Of a stretch of DNA of 64,000 nucleotides, positions 48,065-64,000 are shown in pieces. Position 1 is the first letter of the stretch, and each line of letters begins with the position of its first letter. The position numbers and the translations under genes were made by a program. The notes beneath the pieces were generated by a model. It saw nothing but the letters and a program-made list of their open reading frames with translations, was not told where the DNA came from and did not search any database. Origin of the DNA: the human T2T-CHM13v2.0 reference genome, Homo sapiens; NCBI RefSeq assembly GCF_009914755.1, contig NC_060947.1. One strand, 5' to 3'.

Positions 48065-48444
48065 TTTAGCTTTCACTTATAAGTGAGAACATGTGGTATT
48101 TGGTTTCCTGTTCTTGAAAATTTTTGGAAGAAAATTGTACATGATGGAATTTTATTTTATTACTAAGAAATCGAACAACTGGCACTTTTTTTCTATTTTA
48201 TTATTTGCTTCCTTTCATTAGTTTTGTTTTGTATACCACATATGCAGTTAAATAAACACTCTTAAAAGTCTACATTTCAAATCTATTCTTTTTTATTTCT
48301 GAAAAAGTTACTTACTGAAGAGGTATTTTTATACACAAAGTTGATTAATAAGTTGAAATAATTGTTCTGGCATTAAAAATCATTACAATATATTTCTTTC
48401 GATGATTTCTGTGTACTTTCAAGTACCGAACAAAATTCATGAAA

Positions 48445-48483
48445 GCGCGCGCACACGCACACCCACACACGCACACGCAGACG
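48445..48483. repeat. Degenerate (CG)/(CA) microsatellite
   Basis: gcgcgcgcacacgcacacccacacacgcacacgc. Confidence 0.8.
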
Positions 48484-48759
48484 GTAGTAAAAGCAGTAAA
48501 AATGGTAAGCCCAGGCTTGAAACCACTGTTAGTTATGAGAGTAAGTATATTCTATTACTGTAATTTAACAGGTCTGTATTAACTAACTCCATAATATTCA
48601 AATTCTTCAATTTCTTTTCTAGAAAACCCAGAACATAATGGAAATTTTTCTTATGTAGTGACATGGTGAAAATTACAACATTAGCTGGTTTATGAACATA
48701 AGGAGGTTTATGAAATAAAAAAGTCTAGTAAATTTCTGTAGCTAGCAAACACTCTAAAC

Positions 48760-49885
48760 TGTGAAAGAAAATGGAATCTCAGGGCCTCTAATTCACTATG
48801 CAAAAGGAAGTGAAGCTTAGGAACTGAGTCACACAGTATTTGTTTCCTTTTGTTTTCAACTGTATAGCTGTAATTTCAAAACCTTCATCCATAAGCCAGG
48901 TTCTCACAATGATGGAAGGCCAGATATCTCCTCAGATGGCCTCGCTCACAAATTTCTCACAGTGGAATTCCTTGTGAGCCCCTAAGTCTATCAGGATGTA
49001 TATCTCCCCTATAAAGTAGCCCTAAAACCAAGCTCCATTGAATCTCCCCCCGACAATATTAATAACCAGCTTATCCTCACAGGTACAGGACAAGGACAAG
49101 ACCAGAAATCATCCCTCTGCATATTCTGAGACTAATGCACAGTTAGTTGGCTTTTTCTCTAATTTCTCCTTTCATATTTATTTTATGTAAAATTGAGATT
49201 TACCAATTGGGACAGGGATGCATAACTGACTTTTTCTTCTCTACTCTCTTTTTATATGTAAAATGTAGATTTACTGAGCACTAATTGGAGGCACAAAAGA
49301 ACGTAACCATTTGCAAAGGACACGATGTTGTTTTCTATGGCTGCATAGTATTTTATGGTGCATATGTACCACATTTTCTTTAGATTGAGACTATTACCCT
49401 TAGCAAATTCAAGGAGGAACGGAAAAACAAATGCCACATGTTCTCACTTGTAAGTGGGAGCTAAATGATGAGAACATAAGAACACGTAGAGGGGAACAAC
49501 ACACACTGGGGTCTTTTGGAAGGTGGAGTGTGGGAGGAGGGAGAGGATCATGAAAAATAACTAATGGGTACTAGGCTTAATACCTGGGTGATGAAATAAT
49601 CTGTAACACAAACCCCCGTAACACGAGTTTACCTGTGTAACAAACCTGCACATATACCCCTGAAGTTAAAATACAAGTTTTCCCTTACTGCCTACACTCT
49701 CTTCCTTTCTTTCCTCCTGTTTGCTCTTGCCTCTTTAAATATTGAAATTCCCAAAACCCTCTTTGGAAAAAAGCACAGGACACAGACACTCCTGTCCCTT
49801 CTGTTTTGCTGGGCACATCCTGAAACTTCGGGTACATAAAACTCTACCAATTGAGGCACCAGTCTCAGTCACTTTTTGGTTAATA
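48760..49885 (+). mobile_element. MER4-group ERV1 solo LTR (MER49/MER4D-like), interrupted by L1
   Basis: Start tgtgaaagaaaatggaatctcaggg; acaggacaaggacaagaccagaaatcatcc; end gtctcagtcactttttggttaata; possible TSD aaac/aaat. Confidence 0.75.
49312..49681 (+). mobile_element. L1PA11-13-like 3'UTR fragment with 5' inversion
   Basis: Inverted piece 49312-49383, then forward 3'UTR with aaataactaatgggtactaggcttaatacctgggtgatgaaataatctgta. Confidence 0.85.
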
Positions 49886-50074
49886 AAATCTAACTGACAT
49901 TTTCTTCTTGTTACTGAAATAACACCTGTAAGCCTCCACATTTGGAAATGAAGAACTGTCATTCTAATCTGTGTTCAGAACATGCAAGCTAGAGCTTTTT
50001 TAAAAGATTAACTTATACTATTATATCATGGAGCATATACAGAGAATATTGTAAACCTTTAATTAAAATATATA

Positions 50075-50360
50075 TATTTTTAGATAGAGTCTCTCTCTGT
50101 CCCCCAGGCTGGAGTGCAGTGATACCATCTCGGCTCACTGCAACCTCTGCCTCCTGGGTTCAAGCAATTCTCCTGCCTCAGCCTACTGAGTAGCTGGGAT
50201 TACAGGCGTGCACCGCCACGCTCGGCTAATTTTTGCATTTTTGGTACAGGCGGGCTTTCACCATGCTTGCCAGGCATGTCTCGAACTCCAGACCTCATGA
50301 TCCATCCACCTCTGCCTCCCAAAGTGCTGGGATTACAGGCGTGAGCCATCACTCCTGGCC
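50075..50360 (-). mobile_element. AluS (Sg-like)
   Basis: Full dimer; TSD taattaaaatat / taataaaaatat. Confidence 0.93.
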
Positions 50361-50827
50361 TAATAAAAATATCTTAACAGAAAGTATTAAATATGTTTAA
50401 AAACAGAAGCAGAAAATTCATGAATCAGAGTGTAGAGGATAGGGTCTGTAAATAGTTATGACAAAGCAAGTAGAAAGAATCAACATAATTTTTTAAAAAA
50501 TTGAAAACATAAAATTACCATTACAAACAAAAGTTTTGCCAATAACTAGAAGATTAAAATTCGCTTTTCTAAGCATCATTGTGCCCTGTGTGAGCTAAAT
50601 AGGAAATCTTTCCATTTTCAAGAAAGTACTTAGATTCAGAGTTCTGTTGAAACTATTCTTGGCTACGTTGAAACGAATTGACTATCTCATTAGGACCATG
50701 CAAACCTAATAACAACAATTAAAGTTGAAAGAATGTATCAACTTGTCTTAAGATTCACTTATTTGTTAACTATTCAATGGCCCAGAATGTACATTCTTTT
50801 GGGAAACAAATTTTGTGCTTTTCTTTA

Positions 50828-51020
50828 ATGTGTCAAGCCCTGTGTTTGGAAGTTTACATGCAATATCAGATTCACTTTTCACAATAACCTTGTGAGAGAA
50901 GAATTACTACTTCTATTTCGTATCTGTGTAATTGAGGGGTTAGATAACTCACGATCTTATAGTAAAGGAGAATCCTAGGACTGGCTGGCACTGAATGCTA
51001 TATACTCTTTTCATTAGACT
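50828..51020 (-). mobile_element. MIR
   Basis: atgtgtcaagccctgtg...tttacatgc...cacaataaccttgtgag...attgaggggttagataactc. Confidence 0.65.
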
Positions 51021-54000
51021 CCTTGTACAGATGCAATGCAGTTAGGATGAAAGTTATTTTGTACTAATCATAAACTTCTAATGGAACAGTAGTTTGGTAA
51101 AACCATTTCTAGCAATTACAAAATGACAATTTTATCAAGAAGTGCATAATAAGGATTGAAGTGGCAATGTTAAATGAAAACAACAACAAAAAAATCTCTG
51201 TTCTTCAAATAATACTTGCAAATGACCATTCCCAAGCTCCTAGCACAGTGCATCTGGTGCACAGTGGGCACTCAATACTTATTTTCTTTTCTTCTTTTTC
51301 AAATTAGGATATAAATTTAAATAGCATTCTGTGCTTTGTAAATCATAACACTTCTCTGAGAATGCAAAAATGTATTCTAATTCACTGATTTCAATAGATC
51401 TTAATTTTGTACACTTACTCTATTCTTTGGGCTCTTTTAAGATTCTGAGCTCTGTTATAAAAAATTGTCAAATGACTTGAGACTAGGTGAATGATAAGGT
51501 GTAAGAGAGGGTGTAAGAAGACAAAAGGAAAAGGAAACTGTAATACCATGATTTCAGGTTTCAGAGATAGAGAATATAATTATAAATTATTCAAACAAAG
51601 AAAAAATACATAATTATAAAGTATTCAAGAAATAAAATTTTACAAAACAACATCAAAAAGATATGTATATGTTAAATGTTAAAAACTTTTTAATGATAAT
51701 CTGTAGTTTAATAATACATGCAGAGGGAGGACAAAATGGCCAGCTAGACACAGCCAGGAAGCACCACTCTCATCAAGAGAGGCCAAGAATTATAGTAAAC
51801 CTACATAATTTAGATACATCTTTAGAGAGAAAATGTTAAGTGGATAGTAATGTGACACAGATGATAAGGCTGAGGATGGAGGAGGCTAGGAACCATTTGC
51901 AGGGTACCAGAACACTGCGGCTAGCTCCTGGCCCTGAACACCTCCTGGGAAATGTGTGAGCGAAGGAACTGTGGTATCCTGGTTACAAAGGGGCCCACAT
52001 CTGCCATTAATGTTTGAGCTTACAGGGGGATCTGCTTGGAGAGTAGCAGAGGCAGGGCTTCAGTCAGCACAGAGCCAGAGGTCTTTGTCCACTGTGCAGG
52101 CTGCAGCAGAGTGTGGCTATAGCACCTGTCCCCCAGGTTTTCCCATCTCTGTCCAAGAAGCTCTAGCCCCAGCTGACCCTGAACCAGGAGAAAGCAGGGC
52201 CAACTTTGCTGCAGGACTGGGGCATGTCTGCACTGCATATTCTCCTGCTTGCCAGCCTTTCCCAGTGCCCCTGCCTGGCCACCCCACAGGAATGTGTGGA
52301 TAGTGTGGCTTCCACTGCCCAGCCTGGGTGCTGTGCTTCACCCAATTATCTTCCCTGTAGCCTGGGAACACTTTGGATTCCCCAGCACACCTGGTACCTG
52401 ACTCTGTTGGTACAGAGGATAGAGCTGAGAGCCAGTCCTGGCACCCTAGGGCTGCAGTGAGCAGCTCAGGAGAGCTGAGCCAAGATCTGTGGCTGGCACT
52501 TGAATGGGAGAGGAGCCCACACTCACAGAGCACTGAGAGGGTGAGATGCATGTGTTCATGGACTGGAGCAGGAGTGGGGCATGCCTCCCTCTGCAGGGTC
52601 ACCCCAGAAAGGATGTGGCCAATCTCCCTGTCATGACCTCTGCCCAGGGAGCCTTGCAGCCCAGAACCAAACAAAAAAAAATGTGGTGGCAGTGTCAGCA
52701 ACAGTATGGGGCTCCCTCAAGGCCCAGGAGCAGGCTTGATGAGGGAGTCACCTTTTCCCACCGCACCACAGAGCATGTCTTGCAAATGCAATGAATATCA
52801 AGAAGCTATGCAGCTAAGTTTATATAGTGCTCATTACTCTTAAGTGCCATCTGCTGGACCACAGCCCAAACTACAAAACCAAAATATTATGCTAATCACT
52901 GCCCTGTGAAACCTAGAACAAGAATTCCGCCAAAAATCAAGACCCTGTACAGATTCTTGGCCCTCCAAAAAATCCAAAAATGAAGCCAACTTACTATAGA
53001 CAATTTACACCACACTTGAAAGAACACTAACCCTTCCACATGAGAATCAGTGCAAGAACTCTCACAATTTAAATAGCCAAAGTGTTCCCTTACCTGCAAA
53101 CAAGTCCACTAGTTCCACAGCAATGGTTCATAACCAGTTCGAAATAACTGAAATGATAGACATATAATTCAGAATCTTGATTGCAAAAAAGCTCAACAAG
53201 ATTCAGGAAGAAGTTGAAACCCAATCCAAGAAATTCAATAAAATCATACAAGAGCTGAAAGATGAAATAGCCATTTTAAGAAAGAACCAAACTAAACTGC
53301 TAGAGCTGAAATTCACTACAAGGATTTTATAACACAATCAGAAGTATTAACAGCAGAATAAATGAGGCTGAGGAAAGAATCTGAGAGCTTGAAGCATGGT
53401 TCTTTGAATTAATTAAATTTTTAAAAAAGAATTGTAAAAGATGAACCAAACTTTCGAGAAATATGGGATTATTTAAAGAGACCAAATCTGACTCATTGAT
53501 ATTACTAAGAAAGAAGGAGAGAGAATAAGTAAATTGGAAATTATACTTGAGGATATAGTTCACAAAATTGTTTCTAATTTCACTAGAGAGATTGACATGC
53601 AAATTCAAGAAACACAGAGAACCCAAGCTAGATACTAACCATAACACTATCCTCAAGGCACATAGTCATCAGATTCACCAAGGTCAACACACACACAAAA
53701 ATCTTACAGTCAGCTAGAAATAAGGGTCAAGTCACATACAGAGGGAACCCCATAAGGCAAGCAGCAGACCTTCCAGAAAAAAATCTTAAAAACTAGGAGA
53801 CATTGTGGGACTATTTTCAGCATCCTTAAAAAAGATAAATTGCAACCAAGAATTTCATATCCCACAAAAATGAGCTTCATAAGTGAAGGAGAAATGTAAT
53901 CCTTCTCAGACAAGCAAACACTGAGGGAATTATTTCAACTAGACAAGCCTTACAAGAGGTCCTGAGGAAATGCTATATATGGAATTGAGATAACAACACC

Positions 54001-57000
54001 CACTACCACAAAAACACACTTAAGGGCATAGCCCATAGTCACTCTAAAGCAACTACACAGTCAAGTCTACACAACAAGCAACTAAGAGCACAATGACAGA
54101 ATCAAAATTACACATCAATGCTAACCATGAATGTAAATGGACTAAACACCCCACTTAAAAGACACAAAGTGGCAAACTGGATAAAAAGACAAGGCTCAAC
54201 CATCTTGCCTTCAAGAGACCCATCTCACATGTTACAGCACACACAGCCTCAATGTAAAGGGATGGAAAAAAGATCTACTATACAAATGGAAAATAAGAGC
54301 AAGAGTAATTATTTTTATATCAGATAAAATACTTCAAGCCAATAAAATTAAGAACAGAAAAGGGCATTACAAAATGATAAAGGGTGAAATCGAACAGAAG
54401 ACTTAAGTATCCTAAATATATACACATCCAAGTGAAAAGACTTAGGCAACCACACAATAATATTGGGAGACTTCAACACCCCACTAACAGGATTTGAGAG
54501 ACCATTGAGGTAGAAAATTCACAAAGAAACTTGGGGCTTAAACTTGATCCCTGACCAACTGGACAAAATAGACATCACCAGAACACTCCATCTGACAACC
54601 ACAGAAAATATCTTCTTCTTATCTGCACATGGACCATATTGTAAAAGAAACTACATGCATAGTCATAAAGCAAGTCTCTATAAATTCAAAAACTTAAAAT
54701 CATATCAAGCCCACCTGCAGAGCACAGTACAATAAAAATAAAAATTCATATAAAGAAGTTATCTCAAAACCACACAAATACATGGAAACTAAACAACTTG
54801 CTCCAGAATAACTCCTGGGTAAACATGAAATTTAAGGTAAAAATAAAAAAAATTCTTTGAAATTAATGAAAATAGGAACAAAATGTGCCAAAATCTCTGG
54901 GATGCAGCTAAAGCAGTGTTCAGAAGAAACTTTATAATGCTAAACACCAGCATCAAGAAGTTATAAATATCTCAAATTTACAGTCTAACATTTCACATAG
55001 AGGAACCAGAAAAAAAAACCCAAAGCTAGAATATGAAAGGAATAATTAAAATTAGAGAAGTTAATGAAATTGAGATGCAAAAATTCATAAAAAGATCAAC
55101 CAAATGAAGAGTAGTTTCTTTAAAAATAATAAACAAAATTGATAGACTGCTAGTTAGACTAACAAAAAAATCAAAACAGAATATCCAAATAAGTACAATC
55201 AGAAAAGACAAAGATAACATTACACATGATCCCACAGAAACACAATGACTCCTCAAAGACAATAATAAACAACATTGTATACACAAATTAGAAAGTCTAG
55301 AGGAAATGAAATTCCTGAAAATACACAATCTCCAAATATTGAAGCAGGAAGAGATTGAAACCTTGAATAGACCAATATTGATCTCTGAAATTAAACCAGT
55401 AATAAAAAATCTAGCAACCAATAAAACCCCTGGACCAGATGTATTCACAGCAGAATACTACCAGACATACAAAGAACTGGTATGAATTCTACTGACACTA
55501 TTCCAAAAAACAAACAAACAAACAAACAAAATCACAGAGGAGATGCTACTTCCTACCTTATTTTGTATGAAGCTAGCATCAGACAGATACCAAAATCTTG
55601 CAGAGACACAACAACAAAAAAATTATAGGCCAGTATCGATTACAAACACAGATATTAAAGTCCTCCACAAAATACTAGAAAACCAAATCTAGCAGTATAT
55701 TAAAAAGTTAATTCACCACAATCAAGTAAGCTTCATTCCTGGGATGCAAAGCTGGTTCAACATACACAAATCAATAAATGTGATTTGCTATATAAATAGA
55801 ATTAAAAAGAAAAACTATATGATTATCTAAATGGGTTCTGAAAAAGCTTTTGATAAAATCCAACATCCCTTCGTGAAGAAAACCCTCAACCAACTAGGCA
55901 TCAAAGCAACATACCAGAAAAGAAGTACCATCTATGACAAATCTACAGCCAACATCATACTGAATGGGCAAAAGCTCAAACCATTTCCCTTGAGAACTGG
56001 AACAAGACAAGGATACTCCTTCTCATCACTCCTACCCAGCATAGTTCAGGAAGTCCTAGCCAGAGCAATCAGGCAAGAGAAAGTAATAAAAAGCATCAAA
56101 ATATGAAAGAAAGAAGTAAAACTACCTGTCCTCACTGATAATATGATTCTATATGTAGTCCTAAAGATTCTGCCAGAAGGCTCCTAGAAATGATAAGTGA
56201 CTTTAGTGAAGTTTCAGGATACAAAATCGTGTATAAAAATTAATAGCATTTCTATACATCACCAACATCCAAGCTGAGAACCAAAGCAAGAACAGAATCC
56301 CATTCACAGTAGCCCCCTATCATACACACACACACACACATAAACACCTAGGGTTACAGCTAACCAGGGAGGAGAAAGATATCTACAGGGAGAATTACAA
56401 AACCCTGGTTAAAGACATCAGAGATGATACTAATGAATGGAAAATAATTTGATGCACATGAATTGGAAGAATCAATATTACAGAAGTGGTCATACTGCCG
56501 CCCAAAGCAATTTTCAGATTCTATGCTATTCATATGAAACTCTCAAAGTCATTCTTCAGAGAATTAGAAAACATATTCTAAATTCACATGGAACAAAAAA
56601 AACCCCAGTAGCCAAACAATCCTAAGCAAAAATAACAAAGCCAGAGACATCACACTACTAACTCCAAATTGTATTATGGGGTTACAGTAACCAAAACAGC
56701 AAGATACTGGGACAAAAAGAGACACATAGACCAATGGAACAGAATAGAACACTCAGAAGTAAAGCTTCACACTCACAATCACCTGATTTTCAACAAGACC
56801 AATAGAAACAGGCAATGGGAGTGGACTCCCTATTCAATAAGTAATCTTGGATAACTGCCAGCCACATGCAGAACAATACAATCAGAATCCTACTTTTTAC
56901 CATATAGAAAAATTAACTCAGGATGAAGTAAATATTTAAATGTAAAACCTCAAACTATCAAAATCCTAGAAGAAAACCTAGGAAACACCCTTCCTGACAT

Positions 57001-57305
57001 CAACTTTGGCAAATGATTTTTGGCTAAGTCCCCAAAATCAACTTCGACAAAAACAAAAATAGACAAGTGGGACCTAATTTAATGAAAGAGCTTCTTCATA
57101 GCAAAAGAAATAATCAACTGAGTAAACAGGCAACCTAAAGAATGAGAGAAATTATTCACAATCTATGCATATGACAAAGGTTTAATATCCAGAGTTTATA
57201 AGAAACTTAAACAAATCAACAAGCAAAAAAAAAAAAAATAATAAGCTCATTTAAAAAATGGGCATAGTATATTAACACTTCTCAAAAGAAGACATAGAAG
57301 TGGTG

Positions 57306-58006
57306 AAAAGCAATTGCAACAAAAGCAAAAATTAACAAGTAGGATCTCATTAAACTAAAGAGCTTCTGCAGAGCAAAGAAAACTATCAACAGAGTGAACA
57401 GACAATCTAGAGAACGGAAGAAAATTTTTTCAAGCTATGCATCTGACAAGGGTCTAATATCCAGCATCTTTAAGGAACTTAAGCAAATTTACAAGAAAAA
57501 ACAACCCCAATAAAAAGTGAACAAAGGATATTAACAGAAACTTTTCAAAAGAAGATATACATGCAGCCAACAATCATATGAAAAAAAGAGCTCAACATTA
57601 CTGATCATTAGAGAAATGCAAATCAAAACCACAGTGAGACATCACCTCACACCAGTCAGAATGGCCATTACTAAAATGTCAAAAAATAACAGATGCTGGT
57701 AACGTTGTGGAGAAAAAGGAACACTTATATACTGTTGGCAGGAATATAAATTAGTTCAACCATTGTGGAAGACAGTGTGGTGGTTCCTCAATGACCTGAA
57801 AGCAGAAACACCATTTGACCCAGCAATCCCATTCCTGGGTATGTACCCAAAGGAATATAAATCATTCTATTATAAAGACACACGCAAGCATATGTTCATT
57901 GCAACATCATTTGTAATAGCAAATATATGGAATTAAGCTGAATGTCCATTAATGGTAGACAGGATAAAGAAAATGTGGTAGATATACACCATGGGATACT
58001 ATGCAG

Positions 58007-58007
<1 letters not shown>
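57306..58007 (+). mobile_element. Doubly truncated L1PA fragment inserted in the homologous part of the host L1
   Basis: Repeats the ORF2 3' segment read at about 57040-57300, extends to gatactatgcagc, then (TA)n, after which the host resumes. Confidence 0.8.

Positions 58008-58057
<50 letters not shown>
58008..58057. repeat. (TA)25 perfect microsatellite
   Basis: 50-bp pure TA run. Confidence 0.97.
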
Positions 58058-58058
<1 letters not shown>

Positions 58059-58797
58059 TCATCAGAAGAAATGCAAATCAAAACCACAATGAGATACCAT
58101 CTCACACCAGTCAGTATGGCTATTATTAAAAGGTCAAAAAGCAACAGATGCCGGTGAGACTGCAGAGGAAAGAAACACTTAGATACTGGTGGGGAGAATG
58201 TAAACTAGTTCATCCCTTGTGTAAATCAGTTTGGAGTTTCTCAAAGAACTTAAAATGGAGCTCTTATTTATCTTAGCAATTTAATTGCTGAGTATATAAC
58301 CAAAGGAAAAAAATCATTCTACAAAAAGGACATATGCACAAGTATGTTTATTACCATGCTATTCACAATAGCAAAGACAAGGAATCAACTTAGGTACTAA
58401 TTAGTGGTGGATTGAATAAAGAAAATATGACACCTATACATGGTGAAACACTATGCAGCCACAAAAAAGAACAAAATCATGTTCTTTGCAACAATATGAA
58501 TGCAGCCGGAGGCCATTATTCTAAGCTATTTAATGCAATAATGGAAAACCAAATGCCCCATGTTCTCACTTACAAGTTGGAGCTAATCATTGAGCACACA
58601 TGGACATAAACATGGGAATAATAGACACTTTGGACTTCTAGAGAGGGGAGGGAGGGATGTGTGGGTGCAGACCTATCTATTGGGTATGTTTTTCACTACC
58701 TGGATGACAGGATACATACCCCAAAACTTAGCATCATGCAATATACCTATGTAACAAACCAGCACACCTATCCCTTGTATATAAAATAGAAGATGAA

Positions 58798-59750
58798 GCA
58801 CTGCTATACACAAACAATAACCAAGCTGAGAATCAGATCAATAACTCACTCCCTTTAACAACAGCTCAAAAAAAAAAAATACTCAGGAAAGTACTTAACC
58901 AAGCAGGTGAAACTTCTCTATAGGAAAACTACAAAACATTGCTGTAAGAAATTATATATGACACTAATAAATGGAAACGCCTCTCATGCTCATGGATAGG
59001 TAGAATCAATATCATGAAAATGATCACACTGCCCAAAGCAGTCTACAGATTCAATGTAATTCTCATCAAAACATCATCATTATCATTCACAGAATTAGAA
59101 AAAAATCCTAAAATTCATATGGAACCAAAAAAGACCCCACATATCACAAGTGAGACTAAGCAAAAAGAACAAATCTGGAGGCATCACATTATCCAACTTG
59201 GAATTATACTACAAGGATATAGTTACCCAAATAGCATGGTACTGATATAAAAATAGGCATGTAGACCAATGGAACAGAATAGAGAACTCAGAAATAAAGC
59301 CAAATACTTACAGCCAACTAACCTTCGCTAAAGCATACAAAAACAAAAAATGAGTAAAGGACACCTTATTCAATAAATGGTGCTGGGAAAACTAGCAAGC
59401 CACATGTAGAAGGATGAAACCAGATCCTCATCTCTCACTTTATACAAAGATCAACTCAAGATGGATCAAAGACTTAAATCTAAGACTTGAAACCATAAAA
59501 ATTCTAGAAGATAACATCAAAAAAACTCTTCTAGACATTGGCTTAGGCAAGGAATTCATGAGTAAGACCCCAAAAGCAAATACAACAAAAACAAAAATAA
59601 ATAGATGGTACCTAATTAAATTAAAAAGCTTCTGCACAGCAAAATAAAGAATCAGCAAACAGACAACCTACAGAGTAGGAGAAAATATTAGCTAACTATC
59701 CATTCAACAAAGACTAATATCTAGAATCTACAAGGAACACAAACAAATCA
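58798..59750 (+). mobile_element. L1PB-like ORF2 3' fragment
   Basis: [13 protein letters not shown] and [21 protein letters not shown] peptides; truncated at both ends. Confidence 0.85.

Positions 59751-64000
<4,250 letters not shown>

Larger units (their letters stand above)
51722..58797 (+). mobile_element. Full-length but decayed L1PA15/16
   Basis: 5' end gggaggacaaaatggccagctagacacagccagg; GC-rich 5'UTR; broken ORF1 near 53040-54020; ORF2 motifs NVNGLNTPLKR and [11 protein letters not shown]; 3'UTR to aaatagaagatgaa. Confidence 0.9.

Noticed and set aside
51956-52794. Cluster of overlapping ORFs up to 194 aa in a GC-rich patch; possible promoter or CpG island
   Set aside because: This is the 5'UTR of the decayed L1PA15/16 and is CpG-depleted

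Overview
AT-rich primate (catarrhine/hominoid, most likely human) genomic DNA. By eye, roughly three quarters is transposable-element sequence: layered LINE-1 from L1ME to L1PA5, eight Alus, MaLR/ERV1/ERVL LTR elements, L2/MIR/L3 and DNA-transposon relics. I recognise no cellular gene, RNA gene or CpG island. Most listed ORFs are chance frames in repeats. Plus-strand L1 sequence exceeds minus-strand by roughly 3:1, compatible with an intron of a minus-strand gene, but no exon can be confirmed. I see no evidence of a new biological system. The best oddities are structural. (1) An L1PA7/8 insertion consists only of 5'UTR plus a full, stop-free 341-aa ORF1, ends at the ORF1 stop, sits between candidate TSDs, and has lost its key functional motifs. 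(2) A MER57 endogenous-retrovirus fragment looks like an L1-mediated processed retrocopy inserted at the edge of another MER57 LTR. (3) Two fold-back or templated-insertion repair scars. (4) Three twin-priming L1 inversions of different ages. (5) A short L1 3' transduction. Subfamily names are from recalled consensus features and boundaries are approximate.
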